The notes: generated from the sequence alone by a model not told the origin. A stretch of 63,889 nucleotides of DNA from Limoniibacter sp. (GCA_031374255.1 JANMFT010000102.1:1-63889), one strand, 5' to 3'. Positions 39,298 to 48,388 are shown, counted from the first letter of the stretch. Numbers and translations: made by a program.

Positions 39298-39630
39298 TTA
39301 ATCCATGTGAAAGATGTTTTCCATGTAGGCCCACCACTCGCCGGGCTGGCGCGTCGTCAAGGGGTCCTGACAGGGATCGGTTTCGCGAAGCCACGCTTGC
39401 GTTTCTGGTTCTGCAGCAATGGCGCGGCCGGATGCAGCAAAATCCTCGCCGACATACTCGAAGGTTCCGAACAACAGATTTTCCGGCTCTTTCAGGTAAA
39501 TATCGAAATTACGCCAACCGTTGCGACGCATCGCATCAAGCACACCGGGCCAAACATCCGCATGCAGCCGCTTATAATCTGCAACCCGCTCCGCCTTTAA
39601 CCCGATGACCATACCGAACCGCTTAGTCAA
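39298..39630 (-). CDS. L-rhamnose mutarotase family protein (6-deoxy-sugar/aldose mutarotase)
   Basis: 110 aa; KRFGMVIGLKAERVADYKRLHADVWPGV is typical of the RhaM family. Confidence 0.88.
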   Translation of the reverse strand: MTKRFGMVIGLKAERVADYKRLHADVWPGVLDAMRRNGWRNFDIYLKEPENLLFGTFEYVGEDFAASGRAIAAEPETQAWLRETDPCQDPLTTRQPGEWWAYMENIFHMD

Positions 39631-40357
39631 AGTGCAGCCCTCCGTTCACATCAATTACTTCACCGGTAATGAACCCTGCCAAAGGTGAAGCGAGGAACAT
39701 GACGGCATGTGCCACCTCTTCGGGCTCACAAAACCGCCCTACCGGAATGAGCGCAAGCTGTGTCTGTCGCTGCGCTTCGCTTAACTGTTCGGAAATCATC
39801 GCTGACATCACATATGCAGGGGCCACTGCATTAGACGTCACCCCCTCGCCCGCGACTTCCCGGGCAATTGCATAGGTTAAACCGATCATCGCTGTTTTCG
39901 ACACTGAGTAGGCCGTGCCGGCAGTAAGCCCGCCGCATTTGGCGGCATAAGACGACATGTTGATCACTCTGCCCCAGCGCGCAGCGCGCATTCCCGGCAG
40001 GAAGGCCTGCGCCAGAAGAAACGCAGCATCGACGTTGACGCCGTGCACCCGGTGCCATTCTTGCAATGAGGTCACCGCAATCTTTTCAAAGTTCAATATG
40101 CCGGCATTGTTGACCAAAATGTCGATACGCCCAAAACGCGCCAACACATCTGCGGCCATCGTGGAAACCGCCGCAGCATCCGACAAATCAACAATCACCG
40201 CGTGTCCGCCAAGGGCCTCCGCCATGGTCTTGATTGGTCCTACCGCAACATCAACTAATACGACCAGAGCACCTTGATCCGCCAAAGCCGTTGAGATGGC
40301 TACGCCGATGGCACCTGCAGCGCCTGTGACCAAGGCTACTTTTCCGCGCAGTGTCAT
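39623..40357 (-). CDS. SDR-family oxidoreductase
   Basis: TGAAGAIG cofactor motif and YSVSK catalytic motif; full-length at 244 aa with C-terminal ...VIDVNGG. Confidence 0.88.
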   Translation of the reverse strand: MTLRGKVALVTGAAGAIGVAISTALADQGALVVLVDVAVGPIKTMAEALGGHAVIVDLSDAAAVSTMAADVLARFGRIDILVNNAGILNFEKIAVTSLQEWHRVHGVNVDAAFLLAQAFLPGMRAARWGRVINMSSYAAKCGGLTAGTAYSVSKTAMIGLTYAIAREVAGEGVTSNAVAPAYVMSAMISEQLSEAQRQTQLALIPVGRFCEPEEVAHAVMFLASPLAGFITGEVIDVNGGLHFD

Positions 40358-40515
40358 ATCCGGATTCGTCTTTCGCTCATTTTGCTGCCTTACCGTACTT
40401 CGACCAAACCGCGCGTCATCCTATCTGAGATCCGGCGTTGCAAAAAAAGATGCTGGTTGTTTAGCGGTTCAAACAAACGGGATGTGTCAGAAGCGTCGGT
40501 GTTCAACTTGCTATT

Positions 40516-40535
40516 AAACCAATATATTGGTATTT
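40516..40535. promoter_or_regulatory. GntR-type operator candidate (site 2), in the divergent promoter region
   Basis: AAACCAATATATTGGTATTT contains the perfect 14-bp palindrome ACCAATATATTGGT (40518-40531). It sits in the spacer between TTGCTA (40508-13) and TATTTA (40531-36). Confidence 0.5.
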
Positions 40536-40655
40536 ATTGCCTGTCAACACGGATATTCGTTGCCGAAGGCTTATAGCTTCTGTGCCATAAAAGGTGACCA
40601 GTTGCAAAGCAAATGGGCCGGAGCTATTTGCGGAGTTAATGTAAAGGCGGATAAA

Positions 40656-41447
40656 ATGGCGCGACCCAAGAAAAACGACCCTGATGCACATAGCTCAACC
40701 GACACCAGTATATTGGGGCTGCCAGGTCATCTGATATATCTGATTGATCCGGCGCTGCCAAAGACATCCCAAGTCTACACGATCATGCGTCGTGCGATTG
40801 TTAACCTGCACCTTGCACCCGGCAGCAATGTCAACGAAAAACTGATTTGTGACCAACTGGGCATCTCCCGTACGCCATTGCGCGAAGCGATACTGCAATT
40901 GCAGTCAGAGAACCTAGTTTCAGTGATCCCAAACTCCGGAACCTATGTGTCTAAGATCGACTTGCAGTCCGTGTTTGACGGCCAACTTGTGCGTGACGCG
41001 TTGGAGCTGAAGGTAGTGCGCCTTGCCGCCAACCGCATGACCCCACAGTTTGAACGCGCACTGGATTTCAACCTTCACCAACAAAAACGGCTGGCGGCAG
41101 ATCTCGATTATGACGAATTCTACCGCTTGGACGAGGCTTTTCATGCGATGATCTGCGAGTTCGGTGCTTCTGCCCACATTTGGAAGGTCATCAATAACGC
41201 GAAGGCCCAGTTAGACCGTGTGCGCCGCATGTCTTATCCGCTAGTTACCCATCTTGATTTGGTGCTGAACGAACATATTGCTGTTGTTGACGGTCTGAAA
41301 CAACGGGCGCCCGAGCTGGCAGCCGCTGCCATGAAAATTCACATTGACCGGGTGTTTACTGTGATCCGCCGTCTGATCGCTGAGCGGCGCGATTATTTTG
41401 CTACCGATGCGAGTGAACTGCTTGACGGCTTTATGAACGATCGTTGA
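40656..41447 (+). CDS. GntR-family (FadR/FCD-type) transcriptional regulator
   Basis: Winged HTH ...ICDQLGISRTPLREAILQLQSENLV and a helical C-terminal domain. Start ATG 40656 with AAGGCGG upstream. Confidence 0.88.
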   Translation: MARPKKNDPDAHSSTDTSILGLPGHLIYLIDPALPKTSQVYTIMRRAIVNLHLAPGSNVNEKLICDQLGISRTPLREAILQLQSENLVSVIPNSGTYVSKIDLQSVFDGQLVRDALELKVVRLAANRMTPQFERALDFNLHQQKRLAADLDYDEFYRLDEAFHAMICEFGASAHIWKVINNAKAQLDRVRRMSYPLVTHLDLVLNEHIAVVDGLKQRAPELAAAAMKIHIDRVFTVIRRLIAERRDYFATDASELLDGFMNDR

Positions 41448-41451
41448 TCCA

Positions 41452-42369
41452 ATGACCCGTTTGAAGTTTGCCTCCATAGGCGAATGCATGATTGAGCTTA
41501 ATAATATTGACCTGGTTCAGGGCGGAGCAAGCCTTGGCTTTGCTGGCGACACTCTGAATACTTCAGTTTACTTGTCACGGCTTGGTTGCGATGTCAGCTA
41601 CATCACGAACCTTGGAAGGGACCCGTTTTCGATCCAGATGCTGCGCCGGTTCGAATCCGAGGGGATAAACTGCGACTTGATCGGGCAGCATGAAACCTGC
41701 CTTCCCGGTGTCTATGCGATCGAAACTGATCATAGAGGTGAACGGTCTTTTCACTATTGGCGCGAGGCTTCTGCGGCACGGACGTTGTTTTCCGGCATTG
41801 GGGCCAGCCTTGTCGATCTGGCAGGTTTTGATGTGATCTATCTGTCGGGCATCACCCTTGCGATTTTGCCGCCTTCAGTGCGCGCAACATTAATTGCCAC
41901 TGCAACCGTGTTGAAGAATGAAGGCAAACAAGTGGTTTTCGACACCAACTATCGCCCCCGCCTGTGGCTTGACGATGCGACCGCCCGGGAATGTTTTGAT
42001 GCGATGTGGGCCGCAACAAGTGTGGCACTGCCGTCATATGATGATGAAGAACGGCTTTATCCCGGCTTGTCGCCTTTGCAAATCGTTGACCGGATCGCCG
42101 GATTGGGACCATCCGAAGTAGTATTGAAGAATGGCGCGCGCGGCCCGATGATACGGTATCGCGGTAAGACGGTTCAAACCGCAATGGCCGCTGCCGTGCA
42201 GGTCGTGGACACTTCGGGTGCGGGCGACAGTTTCAACGCGGGCTACCTGGCGGCGCGGTTGCGGGGCAAGACACCCATAAAAGCGGCTGCGGCGGGCCAC
42301 GCGCTTGCCAGCTTGGTTATTTGTCACCACGGCGCGGTGATTGTGCGAGAATCGATGCCTGTGCTTTAA
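41452..42369 (+). CDS. kdgK: 2-dehydro-3-deoxygluconokinase (PfkB family)
   Basis: PfkB signature DTSGAGDSFNAGYL near the C-terminus; 305 aa; genomic context with uxuA. Confidence 0.8.
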   Translation: MTRLKFASIGECMIELNNIDLVQGGASLGFAGDTLNTSVYLSRLGCDVSYITNLGRDPFSIQMLRRFESEGINCDLIGQHETCLPGVYAIETDHRGERSFHYWREASAARTLFSGIGASLVDLAGFDVIYLSGITLAILPPSVRATLIATATVLKNEGKQVVFDTNYRPRLWLDDATARECFDAMWAATSVALPSYDDEERLYPGLSPLQIVDRIAGLGPSEVVLKNGARGPMIRYRGKTVQTAMAAAVQVVDTSGAGDSFNAGYLAARLRGKTPIKAAAAGHALASLVICHHGAVIVRESMPVL

Positions 42370-42372
42370 CGG

Positions 42373-43596
42373 TTAGCAATTAATTCCCGTCACCAGCGGA
42401 TGATCCAGCGCCGTTATGATGCCGCGCAGCTCTGCCAACCCTTTCAGCCGCCCAATGGTGGGATAGCCGGGCTGGCCCTTGCGCCCGAGATCGTCCAAAA
42501 TGTCTTGCCCGTGATCGGGACGGAACGGAATGTTCCAGTCTTGGCGACCCTCTTTTCGGCGGCGGCGTTCTTCCGCCAGAATAGCCGCGATAACAGCGAC
42601 CATATCGGTGTCGCCGCCAAGGTGCTCGGCTTCATAAAAACTGTCGCGCAGGTTGCTGCCTTGACGGCGGACATTGCGCAAATGCAAGAAGTGCACGCGC
42701 GGCCCAAGGCGCTGCATCATCGCGGGTAAATCATTGTCAGCCCGGGCGCCCAAAGAGCCGGTGCAAAGTGTCACGCCATTGGCCGAAAGGTCGACGGCAT
42801 CCAACACCAACCGGTAGTCCGCTTCGGTTGACATGATCCTTGGCAAGCCCAGCAGCGGAAATGGCGGATCATCTGGATGACAGCAAAGCCGCATCCCCAA
42901 TTCCTGCGCCAGCGGCGTGACTTCGGCCAGAAAATCAATGAGATGTCCGCGCAGGGTATCTGCCGAGATTGCGCCATATTCCGCAAGATGCGCACGCACA
43001 TCGGCCAGCGTCATCGTTTCTGCCGCCCCCGGCAAACCAAATACGACATTGCTTGCCAAGGCTTTACAGGCATCATTGCTCATTTCCGCAAACCGGCAGG
43101 TCGCCGCCTCAATGATATGCCCTGGAAATTCGGCAGCCGCTCCGGGGCGTTTCAGAATGTGAATGTCAAATGCGGCAAAATCGACGATATCGAACCGCAT
43201 ACAGGTGCCGCCATTTGGTAGCCGCCACGCCAGATCGGTGCGGGTCCAGTCCAGCACCGGCATAAAGTTATAGCAGATCACCTCGATCCCCGCCTTGGAG
43301 ACGTTGGTCATACTGGTTTTCCAGTTGGCAATATGGTCGCGCCAAGCGCCCTTTTGCTTCCTTATGTCCTCTGACACCGGCAGGCTTTCAACCACGTCCC
43401 ACCGCAGTGTTGACGGCGCACCGTCCTTCATCCGGCCGATCATTGCATGTCTTGCGGCAATTTCCTCCGGCGACCAAATCGCTCCGGTTGGCACATGATG
43501 CAAAGCCGAGACGACGCCCTCGACGCCTGCCTGCATCATGTCGTTGACCGAAGCCAAATCTTTCGGCCCGAACCAGCGCCAAGTTTGGTGCATCAA
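42373..43596 (-). CDS. uxuA: mannonate dehydratase
   Basis: N-terminus MHQTWRWFGPKD is characteristic of UxuA; 407 aa. Confidence 0.9.
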   Translation of the reverse strand: MMHQTWRWFGPKDLASVNDMMQAGVEGVVSALHHVPTGAIWSPEEIAARHAMIGRMKDGAPSTLRWDVVESLPVSEDIRKQKGAWRDHIANWKTSMTNVSKAGIEVICYNFMPVLDWTRTDLAWRLPNGGTCMRFDIVDFAAFDIHILKRPGAAAEFPGHIIEAATCRFAEMSNDACKALASNVVFGLPGAAETMTLADVRAHLAEYGAISADTLRGHLIDFLAEVTPLAQELGMRLCCHPDDPPFPLLGLPRIMSTEADYRLVLDAVDLSANGVTLCTGSLGARADNDLPAMMQRLGPRVHFLHLRNVRRQGSNLRDSFYEAEHLGGDTDMVAVIAAILAEERRRRKEGRQDWNIPFRPDHGQDILDDLGRKGQPGYPTIGRLKGLAELRGIITALDHPLVTGINC

Positions 43597-43640
43597 TGAA
43601 ACCTTTCAAGGTGAAAATTGCCATGCTATCCCGTATCTCA

Positions 43641-43665
43641 TAACCAATATATCAGTATTTTATTT
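43641..43665. promoter_or_regulatory. GntR-type operator candidate (site 3), upstream of uxuA
   Basis: TAACCAATATATCAGTATTTTATTT, with core ACCAATATATCAGT two mismatches from the palindrome, 45-70 nt upstream of the uxuA start. Confidence 0.4.
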
Positions 43666-43727
43666 CAGGCAAGCCGCTTGTTTTTTTCTCAGCTTTGCGT
43701 GAAAAACTCTGCACGCCTATCTTAAAT

Positions 43728-44084
43728 TCACACACCAGCCGCGCTGGAGGTTCCCAACTTTTCGGGCACTTTGGTGTTTAGTCCCCGTATTTGATCGGTT
43801 GGATTTAGTGTGGTTTCTCTGGCTTGGTTTGAATAGACTTTGAAGACGGCGTGCACCCTAAACTGTGCCGTTTGATGCTTAAGCGCAGAGTTACCGAACA
43901 ACAGCTGAATGCCGCCAACGTCATCAAATTTTCTACACGGGCTTAAATAAGCGGGCGAGGCTCGGCAAAGGCAAAATGTTGGGTCTGGTTCAAATGCCTG
44001 TAATGTTGCGTTATCAGATTTTGGCCAAGCGTCTGCATCAAAACCTACAAAACAGTTTACACCAAAATGAGCGGTTGCCAGCAT
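43728..44084 (-). CDS. hypothetical protein (119 aa), third gene of the low-GC cassette
   Basis: ATG 44084 is preceded by AAGAGG. The ORF-track version (to 44330) overlaps the upstream gene. No recognisable motif. Confidence 0.3.
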   Translation of the reverse strand: MLATAHFGVNCFVGFDADAWPKSDNATLQAFEPDPTFCLCRASPAYLSPCRKFDDVGGIQLLFGNSALKHQTAQFRVHAVFKVYSNQARETTLNPTDQIRGLNTKVPEKLGTSSAAGV

Positions 44085-44139
44085 AACCTCTTGGAAAATC
44101 GCAACTTGGTTGCAAACACAGTTTTTGGCCTGACCCAGT

Positions 44140-44769
44140 TCAGTCTTTACGCGCCGGTGACCCGCTTTGCGGTTCGATGTTTGAAATCTCTTTATTGAGG
44201 CGCGCGCGGAACACATCTGGCATGCTCCAATCTGGCTGATGACCGAGGAGCAATTGCAAAAAACCAATTGAAAATCTGTTGTCTTCGCGAATATTCTCAC
44301 GGAATGACCACCAATGACGAAGATCGTCAAAGGCTGACGCTAAGTCGGGCCGATCCTTGAATTCCTGTTCGGTCGCAGCTGCGTGAACGGTCAGACAAAA
44401 CAAAGTGCAAACGTAGCCTTCGGGCCAAAATGCGGCAGCGGAATCTGGGGCGGCTATAGTGGGAACGGAAAGGGCTTGCAGCGGCAAGTTACCCGTAAAT
44501 TCGCGCAGCATTAAACCGGCTGCAAATTCAAAATAGTCCTTGCGGGCAGATTTATCGGATGGCTTTTGCCGCTCAACCGCGCGCAACCAAGACACAAAAG
44601 TTGCGGCCAGCTTTTCGTCGTCGATGCAAAAATTGCAGCCGATTTCAGCGCCAATTTCAGCGGCAAATTTCTCAAACGCAGCTCGAAACCAACGCAGACG
44701 ACGAACTGAAATCCGCAATGGTTCGTTCGTCGGCAGCAGTTTATGGTCGGTCGGCTGTCTATCAGACAT
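44140..44769 (-). CDS. hypothetical protein (209 aa), second gene of the low-GC cassette
   Basis: The start ATG 44769 overlaps the upstream stop (ATGTCTGA). A long ORF in AT-rich DNA is unlikely by chance. No recognisable motif. Confidence 0.5.
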   Translation of the reverse strand: MSDRQPTDHKLLPTNEPLRISVRRLRWFRAAFEKFAAEIGAEIGCNFCIDDEKLAATFVSWLRAVERQKPSDKSARKDYFEFAAGLMLREFTGNLPLQALSVPTIAAPDSAAAFWPEGYVCTLFCLTVHAAATEQEFKDRPDLASAFDDLRHWWSFRENIREDNRFSIGFLQLLLGHQPDWSMPDVFRARLNKEISNIEPQSGSPARKD

Positions 44770-45499
44770 GGCGAATAAATTCAGAAAAAAGCGCCGCCAA
44801 AGCTGTTTGATCGCGCGACAAAAACGCTTTGCCAATATCCACTGAGATTGCGATTGAAATATCAATTGCCGCACTTAAGGCAGCTTCATCTTCGGTTTCT
44901 GAGCGATTGGATTGGAGCCATAGCACCACTGCAAACAATGTGACGGGCTCAATAAGAGACTGAGGAATTCGGGCTGGCCCGTATGCGAGACCAGTCAATA
45001 CATTGGCTTCGTGCAAATCAATGATCAATTTGGCCGCTGCTGCGGCATCCGCATCCTCTGGCATATCGGCTTGTTTAAAGGCTTTGCAGGCGTTTAATTC
45101 GCTAACAAACATTCCTTCAGCGTTGAGCTGTTTTAATACAGTTTGAGTTCCGGCATAAAAGGAGACCGAAAACGCTAGACCACCATCTTTTTGGCCGGCG
45201 AACGATTGCAGTGACGGGATCGTTTGGTTGGTAACTCCGAGCGCTTTTTTCCCTAATCTTGAGGCAGCACTGTCGACGCGCTTAGCCAACCGGTTTGATT
45301 TTCGCAACGCGATGCTGGCAAGGTCAGCTGCAGGGGACGGCAAAACATCTGATGAAAGCGTATCGTTAATCGAGTTCCCGCTAATGCGCAGCACGTGGCG
45401 CATTCCGCGCAGAGCTTCGCGCAATTTCAATATGCCGTGCGACTGCGAGGCGGGGGTAAGCAACTGAACACTCCATGTTTGTGCATACCAAACTAACAC
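44762..45499 (-). CDS. hypothetical protein (up to 245 aa, start uncertain), first gene of the low-GC cassette
   Basis: Candidate starts are GTG 45499, TTG 45463 (GGAG 8 nt upstream) and ATG 45403. Predicted soluble, Ala/Leu-rich helical protein with no recognisable motif. Confidence 0.5.
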   Translation of the reverse strand: MLVWYAQTWSVQLLTPASQSHGILKLREALRGMRHVLRISGNSINDTLSSDVLPSPAADLASIALRKSNRLAKRVDSAASRLGKKALGVTNQTIPSLQSFAGQKDGGLAFSVSFYAGTQTVLKQLNAEGMFVSELNACKAFKQADMPEDADAAAAAKLIIDLHEANVLTGLAYGPARIPQSLIEPVTLFAVVLWLQSNRSETEDEAALSAAIDISIAISVDIGKAFLSRDQTALAALFSEFIRHV

Positions 45500-45521
45500 A
45501 GGATTTGCCCGACAGGAAGCG

Positions 45522-46481
45522 TCACACGCTGTGGCGCAACGGCGTATTGCGAATAAATGCCTGCGTCGTTGAGTAGTCTATCAAACCAGCCTGACTGCCC
45601 AGCCCGGTTGCGTTTTGCGCCGATGATGCTTGCGCCAATTGAACCGTTTCTTGCGGCGTTAGCCCTTTGGTCAACCCCGTTGCAAACCCGCCATTGAAAC
45701 AATCGCCACAGCCACATGTGCACTTCACATCCACAACAAAGGCAGGCGATTGGAAAGTCGTGCCGTCTTTTGAGAAATAAAACGCCCCATCCGCCCCAAG
45801 GGTCAGGATGACGCAACCTGCCCCGCGGTCCAGCAAAAACTGCGCTAGATCATGATTTTCATGCATGCCTGAAAGAGCGCGGGCTTCTTCCTCTGAAGGC
45901 ATAAAGTAATCAGTGTATGGCAATAGCCGTTCCACTTTTGGCAGATCGGCTGCAGTGGATGCAAAAACATCCAGTGTGGTAATGACGCCGCGGCGCTTTG
46001 CTTCAACCATGACCTCCTTTGTGCGACCGGAATCGTCCATCCGGTTCATCAAGCCCACCCCGCCTATATGCAAAATTCGGGTGTCGAGCAGCCGGTCAAC
46101 TTGCGCGTCGCTGACGAAAAACCCATCCGTCGCACCGCGCTTATGGAGTGCCGGTCTTGCGCCATCAGGCCGCGTGGTGACGATTGAGCTGGATGTCGAA
46201 TAACCCTCGCAGCGCTGCATCATGTCGATATTGATGCCGTAATGGGCGAGTTTCATGAGCACCCAGTCGCCCATGTCATCATAACCGACGCCACCGATAG
46301 CTTGCACCTTCAACCCATGTTTGGCTGCAACAATGCTGGCCGACCCTGCAGCGCCTGAGACAGCAAGGGCAAACTCTTCCACAAAATATGTCCCGCCGCC
46401 CGGTGCAATGTGCGTGACCGGTCGGCAAAGGGCGTCAAACGTGTAAAAGCCCATACAAGACAGGTCGAACCGTGGGCTCAT
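45522..46481 (-). CDS. PfkB-family carbohydrate kinase
   Basis: 319 aa with the C-terminal PfkB signature ...TCGCGDCFNGGF. Last recognisable gene of the ABC operon. Confidence 0.88.
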   Translation of the reverse strand: MSPRFDLSCMGFYTFDALCRPVTHIAPGGGTYFVEEFALAVSGAAGSASIVAAKHGLKVQAIGGVGYDDMGDWVLMKLAHYGINIDMMQRCEGYSTSSSIVTTRPDGARPALHKRGATDGFFVSDAQVDRLLDTRILHIGGVGLMNRMDDSGRTKEVMVEAKRRGVITTLDVFASTAADLPKVERLLPYTDYFMPSEEEARALSGMHENHDLAQFLLDRGAGCVILTLGADGAFYFSKDGTTFQSPAFVVDVKCTCGCGDCFNGGFATGLTKGLTPQETVQLAQASSAQNATGLGSQAGLIDYSTTQAFIRNTPLRHSV

Positions 46482-47524
46482 ATCGCCCCCCGGATCCGTT
46501 CGCCATTTTCGCCAAAAAAGTAAAGCCGGGCCGGATCAAACCCGATACCAATAGGCTCGTCGATATCTGATCGGTAGTCCCGGGCAGCTTTAATTTCGAT
46601 TTGTTTGCTGCCAACCATCACTGTCAAATAGGTCATATCGCCGGTGGGTTCGACGCCGTAAACCAAGCCTTGGACATGATCACCGCCAACGCGGCAATCT
46701 TCCGGGCGTATTCCGAGTGTCACTTTGCCTTGCAGATGCGTCGGGCAAGGGGCTGTGATTCCGGGGGCCGTAAACCGGCCGTTTTTGACAACGCCCTCAA
46801 TCAAATTCATCGGCGGACTGCCGATAAAGCCCGCAACAAACGTATTGGCCGGATCAGAATAAATCTGATCCGGCGTGCCTACCTGTTGGATGACGCCATG
46901 GTTCATGATCACAATACGGTCAGCCAGTGTCATGGCTTCAATCTGGTCATGGGTGACATAGACCGTGGTGATTTTAAGTTGCCGTTGCAGGTGCTTGATT
47001 TGAACGCGCATGGACGCGCGCAATTTAGCGTCTAAGTTAGAAAGCGGCTCGTCCATGAGAAATACTTGCGGCTCGCGAACGACGGCCCGAGCAAGTGCTG
47101 CACGTTGGCGTTGGCCACCGGACAAGGCGCCAGGTTTTCGCTCAAGATAACTGCCCAGCTCAACCATATCGGCAGCGCGCCGGATGAGCTTGTCATGGTC
47201 TGCTTTCGGCACCCCGCGCATTCTCAGCGGAAAGCGGATGTTTTCGTAAATCGACATGTTGGGGTAGAGGGCATAACCCTGAAACACCATTGCAACATCG
47301 CGGTCTCGGGCATCGACATCATTCATCACTTCGGTGCCGATGATGACCTCGCCGTCACTCGGGTGTTCAAGCCCCGCGATCATGCGCATAGTGGTGGTTT
47401 TGCCGCAACCAGACGGGCCAAGCAGAACAAGAAACTCTTCGTCGTGGATGTCCAACGAAATATTTTGCACACCAACAAATGAACCATAACGTTTGGCAAT
47501 ATTTTTAAGGTGGATCGAAGCCAT
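46478..47524 (-). CDS. sugar ABC transporter ATP-binding protein (MalK/UgpC type)
   Basis: GPSGCGKTT, LSGGQRQRAALARA and FLMDEPLSNLD, plus a C-terminal regulatory (TOBE-like) domain. Confidence 0.93.
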   Translation of the reverse strand: MASIHLKNIAKRYGSFVGVQNISLDIHDEEFLVLLGPSGCGKTTTMRMIAGLEHPSDGEVIIGTEVMNDVDARDRDVAMVFQGYALYPNMSIYENIRFPLRMRGVPKADHDKLIRRAADMVELGSYLERKPGALSGGQRQRAALARAVVREPQVFLMDEPLSNLDAKLRASMRVQIKHLQRQLKITTVYVTHDQIEAMTLADRIVIMNHGVIQQVGTPDQIYSDPANTFVAGFIGSPPMNLIEGVVKNGRFTAPGITAPCPTHLQGKVTLGIRPEDCRVGGDHVQGLVYGVEPTGDMTYLTVMVGSKQIEIKAARDYRSDIDEPIGIGFDPARLYFFGENGERIRGAI

Positions 47525-47527
47525 CGT

Positions 47528-48388
47528 TTATCCTTTTACTGCGCCCATGGTCAGACCGCGCGATAAGTGTTTTTGTATGAGGATCACGAGGATCAAAATC
47601 GGCGCAAAAGCGAGGAAAGACACCAGCGCAATCGCATTATAAATCACGCCGTCGGAGCCACCGGTAAAATTGGCCAGCGCCACAGACATTGTATAGGCCT
47701 TTGATGTGGACGCTATCAGCAGCGTGAAGAGAAACTCATTGATTGCAAAGATAGTCGCGATGACAGCGGCCGTGATTATGCCCGGCAGGCAGGCAGGCAC
47801 GATGATTTCCCACAGGATCCGCAGGTCGCCGGCGCCATCTGTGCGCGCCGCATCTTCCAGCTCTTTGGGTATATCCAACATGTAGCTTCTGATAATCCAT
47901 GTCACCAAAGACAAGTTAATCGCAGCGTAAATCAGCATAAGTGCCCAGACTGTATCGAGAAGACCCATGTTGCGGAACAGAAAAAAGATAGGCACCGCTA
48001 CTATGGCCGGTGCCATCATTCGCGTGGACAAAATGTAAAAACCAATATCCTCGCGCCCTTTAAATTCGTAGCGCGCCAACGCATAGGCAGCCGGAATGGC
48101 CAACGCTAAGTCGATAATCACAGAACCCGACACCGCCAGAAATGAGTTGCGCAAGTACTGCCCGATAGGCCAATCGCTCATGAGTAGGTGCCATGCGTCC
48201 AGACTGAAAGTCGGCCAATAAATTGGCGATGGGGTTATGATTTCGGTGCGCGGACGGAACGCAATTGTGAAAAACCACAAAATTGGCAGCACGCAACACG
48301 CGGCCCAAGAGCCTAACACCAGATAGCGAAGCACCATGCTTTCGCCGCGGGATTTGCGCTTAACCAGCCTTGCCGTGCTTTTGGACAT
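47528..48388 (-). CDS. carbohydrate ABC transporter permease (CUT1 type)
   Basis: Six-TM permease with EAA-like loop ...ELEDAARTDGAG. Confidence 0.9.
   Translation of the reverse strand: MSKSTARLVKRKSRGESMVLRYLVLGSWAACCVLPILWFFTIAFRPRTEIITPSPIYWPTFSLDAWHLLMSDWPIGQYLRNSFLAVSGSVIIDLALAIPAAYALARYEFKGREDIGFYILSTRMMAPAIVAVPIFFLFRNMGLLDTVWALMLIYAAINLSLVTWIIRSYMLDIPKELEDAARTDGAGDLRILWEIIVPACLPGIITAAVIATIFAINEFLFTLLIASTSKAYTMSVALANFTGGSDGVIYNAIALVSFLAFAPILILVILIQKHLSRGLTMGAVKG

Noticed and set aside
42369-42376. kdgK and uxuA converge with only 3 nt between their stop codons and no room for terminators
   Set aside because: This is a real observation, but convergent abutting genes are common. I found no hairpin, and nothing further can be inferred without transcript data.
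44085-44330. Upstream 82 codons of the 200-aa ORF 43728-44330
   Set aside because: This part overlaps the 3' end of the 209-aa gene in another frame, and the codon at the junction is GTA, not a start. The ATG at 44084 with AAGAGG is the more plausible start.
45493-45816. 107-aa minus-strand ORF overlapping the 3' end of the PfkB kinase
   Set aside because: It is an alternative frame of a well-supported kinase gene, Cys/Trp/Arg-rich, with no RBS.
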